A stretch of DNA of 64,000 nt from Clostridia bacterium (GTDB lineage Bacteria > Bacillota > Clostridia > UMGS1883 > UMGS1540): NCBI GenBank assembly GCA_017436645.1, contig JAFSCR010000031.1, positions 1,594 through 65,593 on the forward strand, given 5' to 3'. A program made the translations under genes and the position numbers. The notes beneath the pieces are model-generated. The model worked only from the letters and a program-made list of their open reading frames with translations, made no database searches and was not told the DNA's origin. This document shows positions 9,124 to 19,539 of this stretch, one piece after another (the stretch's first letter is position 1; each line of letters opens with the position of its first letter).

Positions 9124-10512
9124 TTATGCTTCAATCTTCATAATGGGGAAGGATTCGGTAATGGCTTTCTTTGCCGCCGGGAGGTCTTTAAATTCTCCGG
9201 CACCAAGCATCTGAACAAGGAGGTTACCGATAGCCGTTGCTTCCGTCGGGCCGGCGTAAACAGTTTTGCCGGTGTACTCTGCTGTCAGGCGATTTAAGTA
9301 TTCGTCCTGGGAGCCGCCGCCGATAATGTGGACTGCGTCATATGTTCTGCCTGTGATGGCTTCGATTTCTTTTACCGTTTCGCCATAGCTTTGTGCAAGA
9401 CTGTGGTAAACACAGCGAAGAATGTCACCAATGGATTCGGGTGCTTTTTCGCCTTTCTTGGCAAGATAATCACGGATAGCGGTAAGCATACTTTCCGGTG
9501 CAAAGAATGCATCATCGTTTACATCCATTTTGCCTTCATAGGAAGATGCCATGGCCATATCGCAAAGCTGACCGAAGGAATATTCGTCGTTCAGCTCCTT
9601 TTTAATGGACTGAATAATCCAGAGCCCCATAATGTTCTTGAGGAAACGGACACTTCCGTCATGGGCGCCTTCGTTTGTAAGACCGGCATTTCTGGCAGCA
9701 AGGCTTGAATTCTTCTGGGGAAGAAGTGTACCCATAAGGGACCATGTGCCGCTGGATATGTAAATGCAGGGGTCAACGGTGGGAACTGCCATAACAGCGG
9801 AAGCTGTATCGTGGGCGGCGGAGAGAAGAACGGTAAGGTCAAGACCTGTTTCTTCCATAATGGCAGGGGAAAGCTTGCCGACCACCGTGCCCGGCATTTC
9901 GGGTTTTGTGAAGATAGAAGTGGGGATGCCGATGGCATTTAAAATTTCTTTGTCAAAGTCTTTTTCTTCTACATTCAGCATCTGGGTGGTAGAGGTCATG
10001 GTGTATTCATTCTTTTTAACACCGGTTAAAAGGAAGTTAAAGTACTCTGCAATATGGAGATAACGCTTTGCGTGGTCAAGGTGGTCAGAAGTCTGTTTAA
10101 TGCTGTAAAGCTGATAAATGGAGTTATAAAGCTGTGTCTGAACGCCTGTTCTTTCGTAAAGGGAATCATAGGGTACCTTTTCGTAAACAAGCTCGGGCAT
10201 GCCTTCTGTGCGGCTGTCACGATATGCAACCGTGTCACCTAAAATGTTGTCATTTTCATCTAAAAGAACAAAGTCAACGCCGAAGCAGTCAATACCCATG
10301 TAAGAAGGCTTTTTGCCGATTTCGGCACATTTTTTCATGCCGTTTTTAATTTCGGCAAACAGTCTGTCCAGCTCCCAACAAAGGTGACCGTTACGTTTTA
10401 CGTTCCCGTTTTTAAAACGGTAAATTTCTTCAAGAACAATTTTTCCGTTTTCCACAGAGCCTAAAATGTGGCGGCCGCTGGAAGCGCCAATGTCAACTGC
10501 AAGATAATACAT
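9124..10512 (-). CDS. rhaB: Rhamnulokinase (FGGY family carbohydrate kinase)
   Basis: AVDIGASSGRH, IDCFGVDFVLLD, VAYRDSRT, HDTASAV, SSGTWSLMG, TNEGA, KNIMGLW, HIIGGGS and GPTEATAIGN match RhaB signature blocks. Confidence 0.75.
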   Translation of the reverse strand: MYYLAVDIGASSGRHILGSVENGKIVLEEIYRFKNGNVKRNGHLCWELDRLFAEIKNGMKKCAEIGKKPSYMGIDCFGVDFVLLDENDNILGDTVAYRDSRTEGMPELVYEKVPYDSLYERTGVQTQLYNSIYQLYSIKQTSDHLDHAKRYLHIAEYFNFLLTGVKKNEYTMTSTTQMLNVEEKDFDKEILNAIGIPTSIFTKPEMPGTVVGKLSPAIMEETGLDLTVLLSAAHDTASAVMAVPTVDPCIYISSGTWSLMGTLLPQKNSSLAARNAGLTNEGAHDGSVRFLKNIMGLWIIQSIKKELNDEYSFGQLCDMAMASSYEGKMDVNDDAFFAPESMLTAIRDYLAKKGEKAPESIGDILRCVYHSLAQSYGETVKEIEAITGRTYDAVHIIGGGSQDEYLNRLTAEYTGKTVYAGPTEATAIGNLLVQMLGAGEFKDLPAAKKAITESFPIMKIEA

Positions 10513-10527
10513 AGCTTTCGTCTCCTT

Positions 10528-11649
10528 TTATTTTAAATTTAATTCTCCTAGATTTGCTGCTTTTAAATATGCATTGATAAATTCATCAATATCTCCGTCC
10601 ATTACGGCGCTGATATTACCCATTTCGTAATTGGTGCGGTGGTCCTTTGCCATACTGTAAGGATGAAATACATAGGAACGAATCTGGCTGCCCCAGGCAA
10701 TTTCTTTCTGTACGCCTTTAATATCTTCAATCTTCTCTTTTTGTTCACGTTCCGCAATTTCAATCAGTTTCGATTTGAGCATCTTCATCGCCATTTCACG
10801 GTTCTGGTGCTGGGAACGCTCGTTCTGACAAGCAACCACTACACCCGTCGGAATATGGGTGATACGGATTGCAGAGTCGGTTTTATTTACGTGCTGACCG
10901 CCTGCACCGCTGGAACGGTATGTGTCCACACGGATATCGTCCGGATTAATCTGTACGTCAATATCGTCATCAATTTCAGGCATAACCTCAAGGGAAGCAA
11001 AGGAAGTATGCCGCCTGCCGGAAGCGTCAAAGGGGGAGATACGAACAAGCCGGTGTACGCCCTTTTCACATTTTAAATACCCGTAAGCGTTAAGACCCTC
11101 AATCAATATCGTGGCACTTTTAACGCCTGCTTCGTCTCCTGCAAGAAAGTCAAGAACATTCACATTAAAACCACGGCGTTCTGCAAAGCGCTGGTACATG
11201 CGAAGAAGCATTTCTGCCCAGTCCTGTGCTTCCGTACCGCCGGCACCTGCATGGAGCGTTAAAATGGCGTTGTTTTTGTCATATGGTCCGCTGAGAAGAG
11301 CATCAAGACGCATCGTGTCAAGCCTTGAACGTAAATCCGCATAAGAAGAACTGATTTCGTCAAGTAACGAATCGTCCGATTCGCTGATTGCAAGCTCCAC
11401 GAGGGTCAGTGCATCTTCCCAGCCGGATTTTAAGGATTCAAATTTGCCGATTTTTGTGTTGAGTCCCTTAATTTTCTGCAAAACCTTCTGGGAAGCTTCC
11501 ATGTCATCATAAAAACCGGGCGCAGCGGAGGTTTCCTCCAATTCTTTTGCTTTTTCTCTGTCTCTTTCTATCCCAAGGGCTTCATAAAGGTCAGTGATTT
11601 CGCTTTCCATAGCCACAAGGTCAAGTCTAAACTGCTCATATTCAAGCAT
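10528..11649 (-). CDS. prfB: Peptide chain release factor 2
   Basis: GGQ motif (SGAGGQHVNKTDSAIRITHIPTG), RF2-specific SPF tripeptide (RISPFDASGRRHTSF). Full-length in a single frame with RBS GAGAGAGGA immediately upstream. Confidence 0.9.
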   Translation of the reverse strand: MLEYEQFRLDLVAMESEITDLYEALGIERDREKAKELEETSAAPGFYDDMEASQKVLQKIKGLNTKIGKFESLKSGWEDALTLVELAISESDDSLLDEISSSYADLRSRLDTMRLDALLSGPYDKNNAILTLHAGAGGTEAQDWAEMLLRMYQRFAERRGFNVNVLDFLAGDEAGVKSATILIEGLNAYGYLKCEKGVHRLVRISPFDASGRRHTSFASLEVMPEIDDDIDVQINPDDIRVDTYRSSGAGGQHVNKTDSAIRITHIPTGVVVACQNERSQHQNREMAMKMLKSKLIEIAEREQKEKIEDIKGVQKEIAWGSQIRSYVFHPYSMAKDHRTNYEMGNISAVMDGDIDEFINAYLKAANLGELNLK

Positions 11650-11667
11650 TCTGTTTCATCCTCTCTC

Positions 11668-14388
11668 TTACTGTCCGCAGCATTTTTTATATTTCTTGCC
11701 GCTGCCGCAGGGACAGGGGTCATTTCTGCCGATTTTGGCGTCTTTTTTTACGGTTTTCGCACCGGGTTCAGAAGGGCCGGATGTCATTTGCGGCGTGGCA
11801 ACTTCTTTTCTCTGGGGCGGATTTGTAAGACGGGCATGAAGAACGATTCTTACTGTATCCTCACGAATACTCTGAATCATTTCTTCAAACATATCAAAAC
11901 CGACATTTTTGTATTCGATTATGGGGTCATGCTGTCCGTAGGCACGAAGACCGATGCCCTGACGGAGCTGATCCATATCATCAATGTGGGCCATCCAGCG
12001 TGTGTCAACTGCCTGCAGAAGAACAACACGTTCAAGCTCTCGCATGTTTTCTTCGCCCATTTCCTTTTCTTTCATTTCATAAAGGCTAAAGGCATGCGCT
12101 TTGAGCATTTCGGAAAGCTCTTTCTTTTCGAGGGTGTTTTTCTGCTCATCCGTAAAGGTGATGGGAGAGAAGATAGACCCGTAAAACTCAGAAAGACCTG
12201 CCCAGTTCCATTCTTCCGGATCCATGGAATCGGAAACATAGATATCCATCATGGAGTCGATGGTGGTGTGAATCATTTTAAGGACGGTATCCTTAAGGCT
12301 TTCACCGTCAAGCACGGATTGACGCTGTGCGTATATGGTTTCACGCTGGGTGTTCATAACGTCGTCATACTGGAGCACCGTGCGGCGAATCTGGAAGTTA
12401 TCGCCTTCCACTCTGCGCTGTGCATTTTCAATGGCTTTTGAAAGCATGTTATGTTCAATTGGCTCATCGTCACGAAGGCCGAGAGCGTTTACAACACTTA
12501 AAATGCGGTCGGAGCCGAACCTGCGCATGAGGTCATCGTCGAGGGAAATATAGAAGCAGGAAGAACCGGGGTCACCCTGACGTCCGCTTCGCCCACGAAG
12601 CTGATTGTCAATTCGTCTTGACTCATGACGTTCCGTACCTAAAATAAACAGACCGCCGAGAGAAACAACCTCTTCGTGTTCTTTGTCAACAATCACTTTA
12701 TGCTTTTCGTAAAGCTCACGGTATATGCGGCGTGCCTCTAAAATTTCAGCATCCGTCGTTTCTGCAAAGCCGGTAGCTTCCGCAATGAGGTGATCGGGAA
12801 TTTCCATTTTTGCCATATCATTTTTGGCAAGGAATTCAGCGTTACCGCCCAGCATAATGTCCGTACCACGGCCTGCCATGTTGGTAGCAATGGTAACGGC
12901 ACCTTTTTTACCTGCCTGTGCAATAATCTGCGCTTCACGTGTGTGGTACTTGGCGTTGAGAACCTCGTGCTTAATACCACGTCTTTTTAAAAGACTGCTG
13001 ATTTTTTCGGAATTTTCAATGGTGATGGTACCAACCAACACAGGCTGTCCTGTTTTATGAAGCTCTTCAATATGGTTTACAACGGCGTTAAACTTTGCTG
13101 CCTCGTTTTTATATACTCTGTCGGGGAGGTCTACACGGGCAACATCACGGTTTGTAGGGATTTCCACAACATCCAGTTTGTATATGGCCTGAAATTCCGT
13201 TTCCTCCGTTTTGGCAGTACCCGTCATACCGGAAAGCTTTTTGTAAAGACGGAAATAGTTCTGGAAGGTGATGGTGGCAAGTGTTTTATTTTCTCTTTCT
13301 ACTTTGACGCCTTCCTTGGCTTCAATAGCCTGATGCAGACCGTCACTATAACGGCGACCCACCATAATACGGCCCGTAAATTCGTCAACGATTAAAACCT
13401 CGCCGTCCTTCACCACATATTCTTTATCACGGAACATGGTACCGTGGGCCTTAAGCGCCTGATTGATGTGGTGGGAGATTGTCATGTTCTCAGGGTCAGC
13501 TAAGTTTTCAAGACCAAAGAACTGTTCCGCCCGTTTTGTGCCTTTTTCCGTAAGGGTAGCCGTTCTTGCCTTTTCGTCTACAATATAATCGGCATTAGGG
13601 TCTTCCTCAAGAGACTTCGTATCCGTTTCTGCAATTCTTGTGCAGCGGAGATTTTTAACAAATGCATTGGCACGCTCGTATAAATCCGTTGATTTTTCGC
13701 CTGCACCGCTGATAATAAGCGGCGTTCTTGCTTCGTCAACCAAAATGGAGTCCACTTCGTCAACGATTGCAAAAGCATGGCCACGTTGCACCATCTGTTC
13801 CTTGTATATGACCATGTTGTCACGAAGATAGTCAAAGCCCATTTCGTTATTGGTGCCATAGGTAATGTCTGCGGCATAGGATTTCTTTTTGATGTCCGTA
13901 TCCATCTGGGGGACAACAAGACCTACCGTCAGTCCGAGAAAACGGTAAACTTTGCCCATCCATTCGCTGTCACGACGGGCAAGATAATCATTCACGGTTA
14001 CAATATGCACACCTTCTCCCGAAAGGGCGTTAAGATAGGCGGGGAGTGTGGCCACGAGGGTTTTACCTTCACCTGTCCGCATTTCGGCAATTCGCCCTTG
14101 ATGGAGAATAATGCCGCCGATAATCTGCACGGGGTAGTGGCGCATGCCAAGAACACGGTCAGAAGCTTCTCTAACGGTGGCAAACGCTTCAGGCAGAATA
14201 TCGTCAAGGGTTTCGCCGTTTTGCAGGCGGCTTTTAAATTCGCTTGTTTTTTCTTTCAGCGCTTCGTCGGAAAGTGCACGGTATTCTTCTTCCAGCGCCA
14301 GAACTTTATCTACGAGGGGCTGTATGCGCTTGACTTCTCGTGCGCTGTAGTCCCCGAATAATTTCTGTAAAAGTCCCAATAGATTCAT
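11668..14388 (-). CDS. secA: Preprotein translocase ATPase SecA
   Basis: Canonical SecA N-terminus [16 protein letters not shown] motor motifs, C-terminal zinc finger [19 protein letters not shown]. Start moved to the ATG of MNLLG (ORF-track codon 21), because the track start is a TTG 60 nt upstream. Confidence 0.9.
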   Translation of the reverse strand: MNLLGLLQKLFGDYSAREVKRIQPLVDKVLALEEEYRALSDEALKEKTSEFKSRLQNGETLDDILPEAFATVREASDRVLGMRHYPVQIIGGIILHQGRIAEMRTGEGKTLVATLPAYLNALSGEGVHIVTVNDYLARRDSEWMGKVYRFLGLTVGLVVPQMDTDIKKKSYAADITYGTNNEMGFDYLRDNMVIYKEQMVQRGHAFAIVDEVDSILVDEARTPLIISGAGEKSTDLYERANAFVKNLRCTRIAETDTKSLEEDPNADYIVDEKARTATLTEKGTKRAEQFFGLENLADPENMTISHHINQALKAHGTMFRDKEYVVKDGEVLIVDEFTGRIMVGRRYSDGLHQAIEAKEGVKVERENKTLATITFQNYFRLYKKLSGMTGTAKTEETEFQAIYKLDVVEIPTNRDVARVDLPDRVYKNEAAKFNAVVNHIEELHKTGQPVLVGTITIENSEKISSLLKRRGIKHEVLNAKYHTREAQIIAQAGKKGAVTIATNMAGRGTDIMLGGNAEFLAKNDMAKMEIPDHLIAEATGFAETTDAEILEARRIYRELYEKHKVIVDKEHEEVVSLGGLFILGTERHESRRIDNQLRGRSGRQGDPGSSCFYISLDDDLMRRFGSDRILSVVNALGLRDDEPIEHNMLSKAIENAQRRVEGDNFQIRRTVLQYDDVMNTQRETIYAQRQSVLDGESLKDTVLKMIHTTIDSMMDIYVSDSMDPEEWNWAGLSEFYGSIFSPITFTDEQKNTLEKKELSEMLKAHAFSLYEMKEKEMGEENMRELERVVLLQAVDTRWMAHIDDMDQLRQGIGLRAYGQHDPIIEYKNVGFDMFEEMIQSIREDTVRIVLHARLTNPPQRKEVATPQMTSGPSEPGAKTVKKDAKIGRNDPCPCGSGKKYKKCCGQ

Positions 14389-14499
14389 TCCTTTCTCATA
14401 GCATAAGCTATATTTAGTTATTATAACATATTTAGGAAAAAAATACAAGAAAATTTTCCTTAAAAAAGGAATCTATCAAAAGCGACAGATTCCCGAGGT

Positions 14500-14970
14500 T
14501 TATAATTCTAATTCCTTTTCCATAAGATGCACGTATTCTTCCGCATTTTTGCGGTTTCCTTCAATTTCTGCATCCGTCATTTCCCGTCTGACTTTTCCGG
14601 GGCTTCCCATAACAAGGCTGCCATCGGGGATTTCCGTGCCGCCTGTAATTAGTGCGCCTGCGGCAATGATACAGTTTTTGCCGATTTTTGCACCGTCGAG
14701 CACAATGGCACCCATGCCGATAAGAGAATTATCACCGATGGTGCAGCTGTGGAGTATTGCGCCGTGACCGACTGTTACACCTTTTCCGATGGTAAGCGGC
14801 ATGTTTTCGGAGACATGGAGAACGCTGCATTCCTGTACATTGGAATTATCCCCGATTGTAATGGGAGCCATGTCTCCACGGATGACCGCATTGTACCAAA
14901 CGGAAACGTTGTTCCCCATCTTTACATCGCCGCAAACCACGGCGCCCTGTGCAATAAATAACTTATTCAT
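14500..14970 (-). CDS. Gamma-class carbonic anhydrase family / hexapeptide-repeat (LbH) protein
   Basis: Left-handed beta-helix hexapeptide repeats and conserved His ligands (..HVSENMPLTIGKGVTVGHGAILHSCTIGDNSLIGMGAIV..). Confidence 0.7.
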   Translation of the reverse strand: MNKLFIAQGAVVCGDVKMGNNVSVWYNAVIRGDMAPITIGDNSNVQECSVLHVSENMPLTIGKGVTVGHGAILHSCTIGDNSLIGMGAIVLDGAKIGKNCIIAAGALITGGTEIPDGSLVMGSPGKVRREMTDAEIEGNRKNAEEYVHLMEKELEL

Positions 14971-14986
14971 TTGTAAAAGTCCTTTC

Positions 14987-15868
14987 TTAAATGGATTTTA
15001 TATATCGCAATGCGCTGACGGCGGCAGTTGCCCCGTCAGATGCTGCGGTTACGATTTGCCGTAGTTTCTTATCCCGTATATCGCCTGCGGCAAAAACGCC
15101 TTCCGCACTCGTCAGCATTTCGCCGTCGGTGGGAATATAACCGCCCTTTGTAAGGGGGATATCTTTGCAAAGCCTGTTTGCAGGCATATTGCCCATGGCT
15201 ATAAACAGACCACGAACGGAAATCGTTTTTTCACCGCCGTCTTTTGTAAATTTAACTGCAGAAAGAAATCCGCCGTCTTCCTCGAGGGCGATTGGCACAG
15301 CGCTTTCATAAATCGTAATATTATCCGCCTCGTCTATGCCTTTTATTTTGCCGAAAGGAGAGAGAATGTGCACATGGGAGGCATGCTTTGCCAGAAACAG
15401 TGCCTCTTCGGCGGCATGGGCAGAAGAACCGACCAGTGCCACTTCTTTTCCCCGAAACAGTGCGCCGTCACAGGTGGCGCAGTAGGAAACACCTTTTCCT
15501 TTCAGCTTGTCTTCAAGAGGAAGTCCGAGCGTTTTGGGCTCTGCGCCTGTGGCAAGGATAAGCGCCTTGGCTTCATATCGGTTTCCCAGATTTGTTTCCA
15601 CCCATTTGGGACTTCCCACATGAATATTGATTGCATCCTCATATTTTAGCTCTACGCCTTGATTTGCGGCAGCTTCCAGAAACTGCATGGCAAGCTCGGG
15701 GCCCGAAATTTTTTGAATGGGGGGATAATTTTCAATGTTATCAATGGTGGAAAGCTGTCCGCCGGGTGCCATTTTTTCCAGAATCAGCACACTTCTGCCC
15801 CCACGGGCGGCATAAATTGCTGCAGATAGACCTGCGGGGCCTGCACCGATAATAATGATATCGTACAT
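14987..15868 (-). CDS. trxB: Thioredoxin-disulfide reductase
   Basis: FAD-binding GAGPAG, redox-active CATC (SYCATCDGALF), NADPH-binding GGGNSA-like region. Start set at MYDIIIIG, which has RBS AGGAG 6 nt upstream. The ORF-track GTG start lies inside the RBS. Confidence 0.85.
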   Translation of the reverse strand: MYDIIIIGAGPAGLSAAIYAARGGRSVLILEKMAPGGQLSTIDNIENYPPIQKISGPELAMQFLEAAANQGVELKYEDAINIHVGSPKWVETNLGNRYEAKALILATGAEPKTLGLPLEDKLKGKGVSYCATCDGALFRGKEVALVGSSAHAAEEALFLAKHASHVHILSPFGKIKGIDEADNITIYESAVPIALEEDGGFLSAVKFTKDGGEKTISVRGLFIAMGNMPANRLCKDIPLTKGGYIPTDGEMLTSAEGVFAAGDIRDKKLRQIVTAASDGATAAVSALRYIKSI

Positions 15869-15922
15869 ACCTTGCTCCTTCACTTAAAATTCACTATTTT
15901 ATTATTCCATTTTTTCTCCCAT

Positions 15923-15943
15923 TTGTCAACAAAAACTTGACAA
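15923..15943. promoter_or_regulatory. Inverted repeat TTGTCAA-N7-TTGACAA in the divergent trxB / nifS-thiI intergenic region (candidate operator; downstream half-site doubles as a -35)
   Basis: Perfect 7-nt inverted repeat arms read directly from the sequence. Position between divergent redox and sulfur-transfer genes. Confidence 0.4.
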
Positions 15944-15999
15944 AAATTAAAGTTTAGGATAAGATAATATGAAATAGATTTATAAATAGGTGACAACGA

Positions 16000-17124
16000 A
16001 TGATATACCTCGATAACAGCGCAACCACCCGTCCCTCAAAAAAGGCGATGGATGCGTTTTTGCTTACGGCCGAAACACATTTCGGGAACCCATCTTCTGT
16101 GCATACGCTTGGCACGGATGCGGCGAAAATTTTAAAAAACGCCCGAAATGCGGTTGCGAAAAAAATGCATACGGAAGCCGGCAATATTGTTTTCACCGGT
16201 GGCGGCACCATGGCGGATAATCTTGCCGTTTTGGGCGCTGTCCGCCCCAAAATGGGCGGCACCGTGGTAACTACCGCTATCGAGCATCCGGCTGTTATGA
16301 ACACCTGTGCAGCCCTTGAGAAAAAGGGAATAACCGTAAAATATGTAAAACCCGAAAAAGACGGAAACATCACCCCGGAGGCAATAAGCGAAGCCTTGAC
16401 GGAAGACACACAGCTTGTAAGCGTGATGCACGTCAATAACGAAACGGGCGCCATACTGCCGATTGAGAAAATCAAAGCCGTAATGGCAGGTGTTTGCCCG
16501 AAAGCCCTTCTCCATTCCGATTGTGTCCAGTCTTTTGGAAAGCTTCCCGTTCTTCCTGAAACGTGGGGGGCGGACCTTATCAGCTGCAGCGCTCATAAAA
16601 TCCATGGCCTTCGTGGGGCGGGAGCTTTATATGTCCGCAAAGGCATTACGCTTGCCCCTGTTATATATGGCGGTGGACAGGAGAGGGATATCTGTCCCGG
16701 CACAGAGAATCTTCCGGCCATTGCTGCATTCGGGGCGGCGTGCGAGGAGGAGAGGAACATGGAAAAGGTGAAAGTCCTTTCTGAAATGCTTCTTCGTGGC
16801 ATACTGGAAATACCGCACGTTTATGTAAACAGTCCCGAGGATAGACTTCCCCATATTTTAAACGTTTCATTTTCTGCCGTTCCTTCGGAAGTTGTTACAA
16901 ATGCCTTATCGAATGCCGGCATCTGCATTTCCGGTGGCTCGGCCTGTGCAGGGGCAAGGAAAGAGAAAAGCTACGTGCTTCGCAGTATGGGCGTACCGTA
17001 CCCCGACAGCGGCGTTCGTTTCAGCCTTTCGGATGAAAACACGGAAGAAGAAATCTGCGAAACCATCAAAGCATTAAAAGCCACCATTCCCATGCTTTAC
17101 ATGGCGCTTGGCATAAGGAGTTAA
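16000..17124 (+). CDS. Cysteine desulfurase (NifS/IscS family, class V aminotransferase)
   Basis: PLP-lysine region SAHKIHG, active-site Cys loop SGGSACAG, and a start typical of NifS (IYLDNSATT). Confidence 0.85.
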   Translation: MIYLDNSATTRPSKKAMDAFLLTAETHFGNPSSVHTLGTDAAKILKNARNAVAKKMHTEAGNIVFTGGGTMADNLAVLGAVRPKMGGTVVTTAIEHPAVMNTCAALEKKGITVKYVKPEKDGNITPEAISEALTEDTQLVSVMHVNNETGAILPIEKIKAVMAGVCPKALLHSDCVQSFGKLPVLPETWGADLISCSAHKIHGLRGAGALYVRKGITLAPVIYGGGQERDICPGTENLPAIAAFGAACEEERNMEKVKVLSEMLLRGILEIPHVYVNSPEDRLPHILNVSFSAVPSEVVTNALSNAGICISGGSACAGARKEKSYVLRSMGVPYPDSGVRFSLSDENTEEEICETIKALKATIPMLYMALGIRS

Positions 17125-17126
17125 CT

Positions 17127-18278
17127 ATGAAAGAAATTATTTTGATAAAATACGGTGAAATCATCTTGAAGGGACTAAACCGTCATATCTTTGAAGATAA
17201 ACTTGTTCGTAACATCCGCCACAAGGTGGGAGAAGATGCGAAGGTGTATAAATCTCGTGCCACCCTTTATGCGGAGCCGAAAGAAGGCGTAAATGTTGAC
17301 GAACTGGTACAGAAGATTCGCGAGGTATTCGGTGTCGTATATGTTATCCGTACCGCTGTTTGTGATAAGGACCTTGCCGTAATCGGCAAAACCATTTTAT
17401 CTTATGTAAATTTCAGCGCCTACAAAACTTTTAAAGTGGAAACAAAGCGTGCAGATAAATCCTATCCCATGCAGTCGCCGCAGATTAGCGCCGAAATTGG
17501 CGGTATGATACTTGAGGCTCATCCTCGTCTTACAGTAGACGTGCATAATCCGTGCGTTACGGTTTCCGTTGAAATCCGTGAAGGCGGCGCCTATGTGTAT
17601 GCAGAAAAGCAAAAGGGCCCCGGCGGTATGCCAACCGGCTCTGCAGGAAAAGTAATGCTTCTTTTATCCGGCGGTATTGACAGTCCTGTTGCAGGATACA
17701 TGATGGCGCGCCGTGGTACGAATATGGACGCTGTCCACTTTTTCTCGCCCCCGTTTACAAGCGAAAAAGCAAAGGAAAAGGTTCTGGACCTTGCCAAAAT
17801 TCTGGCAAGATACACAGGCGGTATGCGGGTGCATATTGTACCCTTTACAGAGCAGCAGCTTCAGATGAAGGCCAAATGTCCTCAGGAACATCTGACCATA
17901 TTAATGCGCCGCATGATGATGCAGATTGCCTGCCGGATAGCGGAACAATCAGGTGCGGGCGCCGTCGTTACGGGAGAGAGTCTGGGTCAGGTTGCAAGCC
18001 AGACGCTTGAAGCCATTGGCGTTACGGACGCTTGCGCCACCATGCCTTGCTTCCGCCCCTTAATCGGTATGGATAAAGAGGATATTATTGCGCTTGCACG
18101 AAAAATTGACAGCTACGAAACGTCCATTTTGCCTTATGAGGACTGCTGTACTATTTTCGTGCCGAAGCATCCCACCACAAAACCCCGTCTTGATAAAATC
18201 CTTGAATCCGAAAAGCTTATTGATACGGAAGCGCTCATACAGAAAGCAATCGAAGAAACGGTGCATATAGATGTGTAA
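17127..18278 (+). CDS. thiI: tRNA 4-thiouridine(8) synthase
   Basis: THUMP-like N-terminus and PP-loop SGGIDSPVAG. Conserved nifS-thiI pairing. Confidence 0.85.
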   Translation: MKEIILIKYGEIILKGLNRHIFEDKLVRNIRHKVGEDAKVYKSRATLYAEPKEGVNVDELVQKIREVFGVVYVIRTAVCDKDLAVIGKTILSYVNFSAYKTFKVETKRADKSYPMQSPQISAEIGGMILEAHPRLTVDVHNPCVTVSVEIREGGAYVYAEKQKGPGGMPTGSAGKVMLLLSGGIDSPVAGYMMARRGTNMDAVHFFSPPFTSEKAKEKVLDLAKILARYTGGMRVHIVPFTEQQLQMKAKCPQEHLTILMRRMMMQIACRIAEQSGAGAVVTGESLGQVASQTLEAIGVTDACATMPCFRPLIGMDKEDIIALARKIDSYETSILPYEDCCTIFVPKHPTTKPRLDKILESEKLIDTEALIQKAIEETVHIDV

Positions 18279-18750
18279 TACAGTAAATGAAGTGATTGAA
18301 ATACTTATAAATCGCGGCATCACCGTCGCCACGGCAGAGTCCTGCACGGGCGGTATGGTGGGGAAGACCATAACGGATTTTTCCGGTGTGTCAAGCGTAT
18401 ATTTAGAAGGCGTTATCACCTATGCAAATGAAGCGAAAATCCGCCTTGGCGTTTTAGGCGAAACCCTTAAAAGCCACGGTGCCGTAAGCCGTGAGACGGC
18501 AAAAGAAATGGCGGAATGTGTAAGAAAACGTGCCGGTGCTTTTGTCGGCATTTCCACAACAGGCGTTGCAGGACCCGGCGGCGGTTCGAGAGAGAAACCC
18601 GTAGGTCTTGTATATATGGGAATCAGCACAGAAAAAGAAACGAAAACATATGCCCTTCGCCTTTTCGGAGACAGAGATACCATACGCCGTAAAACAACAA
18701 AACTCGTTTTTGACAAACTTTTGGAGGATTTTTTAAATGGAGAAGATTAA
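18271..18750 (+). CDS. CinA C-terminal domain protein / nicotinamide-nucleotide amidohydrolase (PncC-like)
   Basis: ATAESCTGGMVG...GVAGPGGGS motif pair typical of the CinA C-terminal domain. Overlaps the thiI stop by 8 nt. Confidence 0.75.
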   Translation: MCNTVNEVIEILINRGITVATAESCTGGMVGKTITDFSGVSSVYLEGVITYANEAKIRLGVLGETLKSHGAVSRETAKEMAECVRKRAGAFVGISTTGVAGPGGGSREKPVGLVYMGISTEKETKTYALRLFGDRDTIRRKTTKLVFDKLLEDFLNGED

Positions 18751-19537
18751 ACTTTGGGAAGAAAATACGCCCTATTTTAATCCTGAATTCGGTCAGGAAG
18801 AGCCGGCGCTCGTGCCGTATCTTCTAGAGGACGGAAAAACCCACCCGTGTGTTATTGTTTTCCCCGGCGGCGGGTATCATCACCGTGCCCATCACGAAGG
18901 GGAGCCGGTGGCACAATGGCTTAACAGCATCGGTTTTCATTCCTTTGTGCTTGAATATCGTCTTGAGCCTTATGACCGACATGCAATTTTGGCAGATGCC
19001 GTAAGAAGTGTCCGTCTTGTCCGCCACCGTGCAAAGGAATTCGGAATCAATCCCGATGAGCTTGGCGTTCTCGGCTTTTCCGCAGGCGGTCACCTTTCTT
19101 ATATGTCGGCACTTCGCTATGATGATGCCGTTACCGTTGGAGATGAGATTGACAAAGAACCGGCAAGACCGGATTTTGCTATTCCTTGTTATGCGGTTGC
19201 CTCTTTCATTAATAGTCCCGAATGTGGAACAGCTATGAGATTTTTGGGGAAAGATGTAAAGAACGAGGCTCTTCTTAAAAAGTACTCTGCAGAGCTTGCG
19301 ATTACGGAGAATGCACCGCCCATGTTTATCTGGCACGCGGTGAATGATCCCGTTGTAGCTGTATCACATTCTCTTGATGTCGCAAAAGCACTGCATGAAA
19401 ATAAAGTACCGTTTTCGTTGTTTGTATATCCGAACGGCGAACACGGCAAAAATCTTGCTGCAGAGATTCCTGTGACATGCAACTGGCCGATGGAATGCAA
19501 GGCATGGCTTTATGATCTTTTGGAAATGGAGGCATAA
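18737..19537 (+). CDS. Alpha/beta hydrolase (esterase/lipase-like)
   Basis: GxSxG nucleophile elbow GFSAGGHLS, HGG oxyanion region VFPGGGY. Confidence 0.65.
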   Translation: MEKIKLWEENTPYFNPEFGQEEPALVPYLLEDGKTHPCVIVFPGGGYHHRAHHEGEPVAQWLNSIGFHSFVLEYRLEPYDRHAILADAVRSVRLVRHRAKEFGINPDELGVLGFSAGGHLSYMSALRYDDAVTVGDEIDKEPARPDFAIPCYAVASFINSPECGTAMRFLGKDVKNEALLKKYSAELAITENAPPMFIWHAVNDPVVAVSHSLDVAKALHENKVPFSLFVYPNGEHGKNLAAEIPVTCNWPMECKAWLYDLLEMEA

Positions 19538-19539
19538 GG

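Noticed and set aside
10528-11667. Programmed +1 frameshift in prfB
   Set aside because: I looked for one. The ORF is continuous from an RBS-preceded ATG with an RF2-like N-terminus, so no frameshift is present.
14449-14499. Weak hairpin TTCCTT…AAGGAA between secA start and the carbonic-anhydrase-like gene
   Set aside because: Short stem with a poor T-run. Could be a weak terminator for the minus-strand gene, but not convincing enough to annotate.
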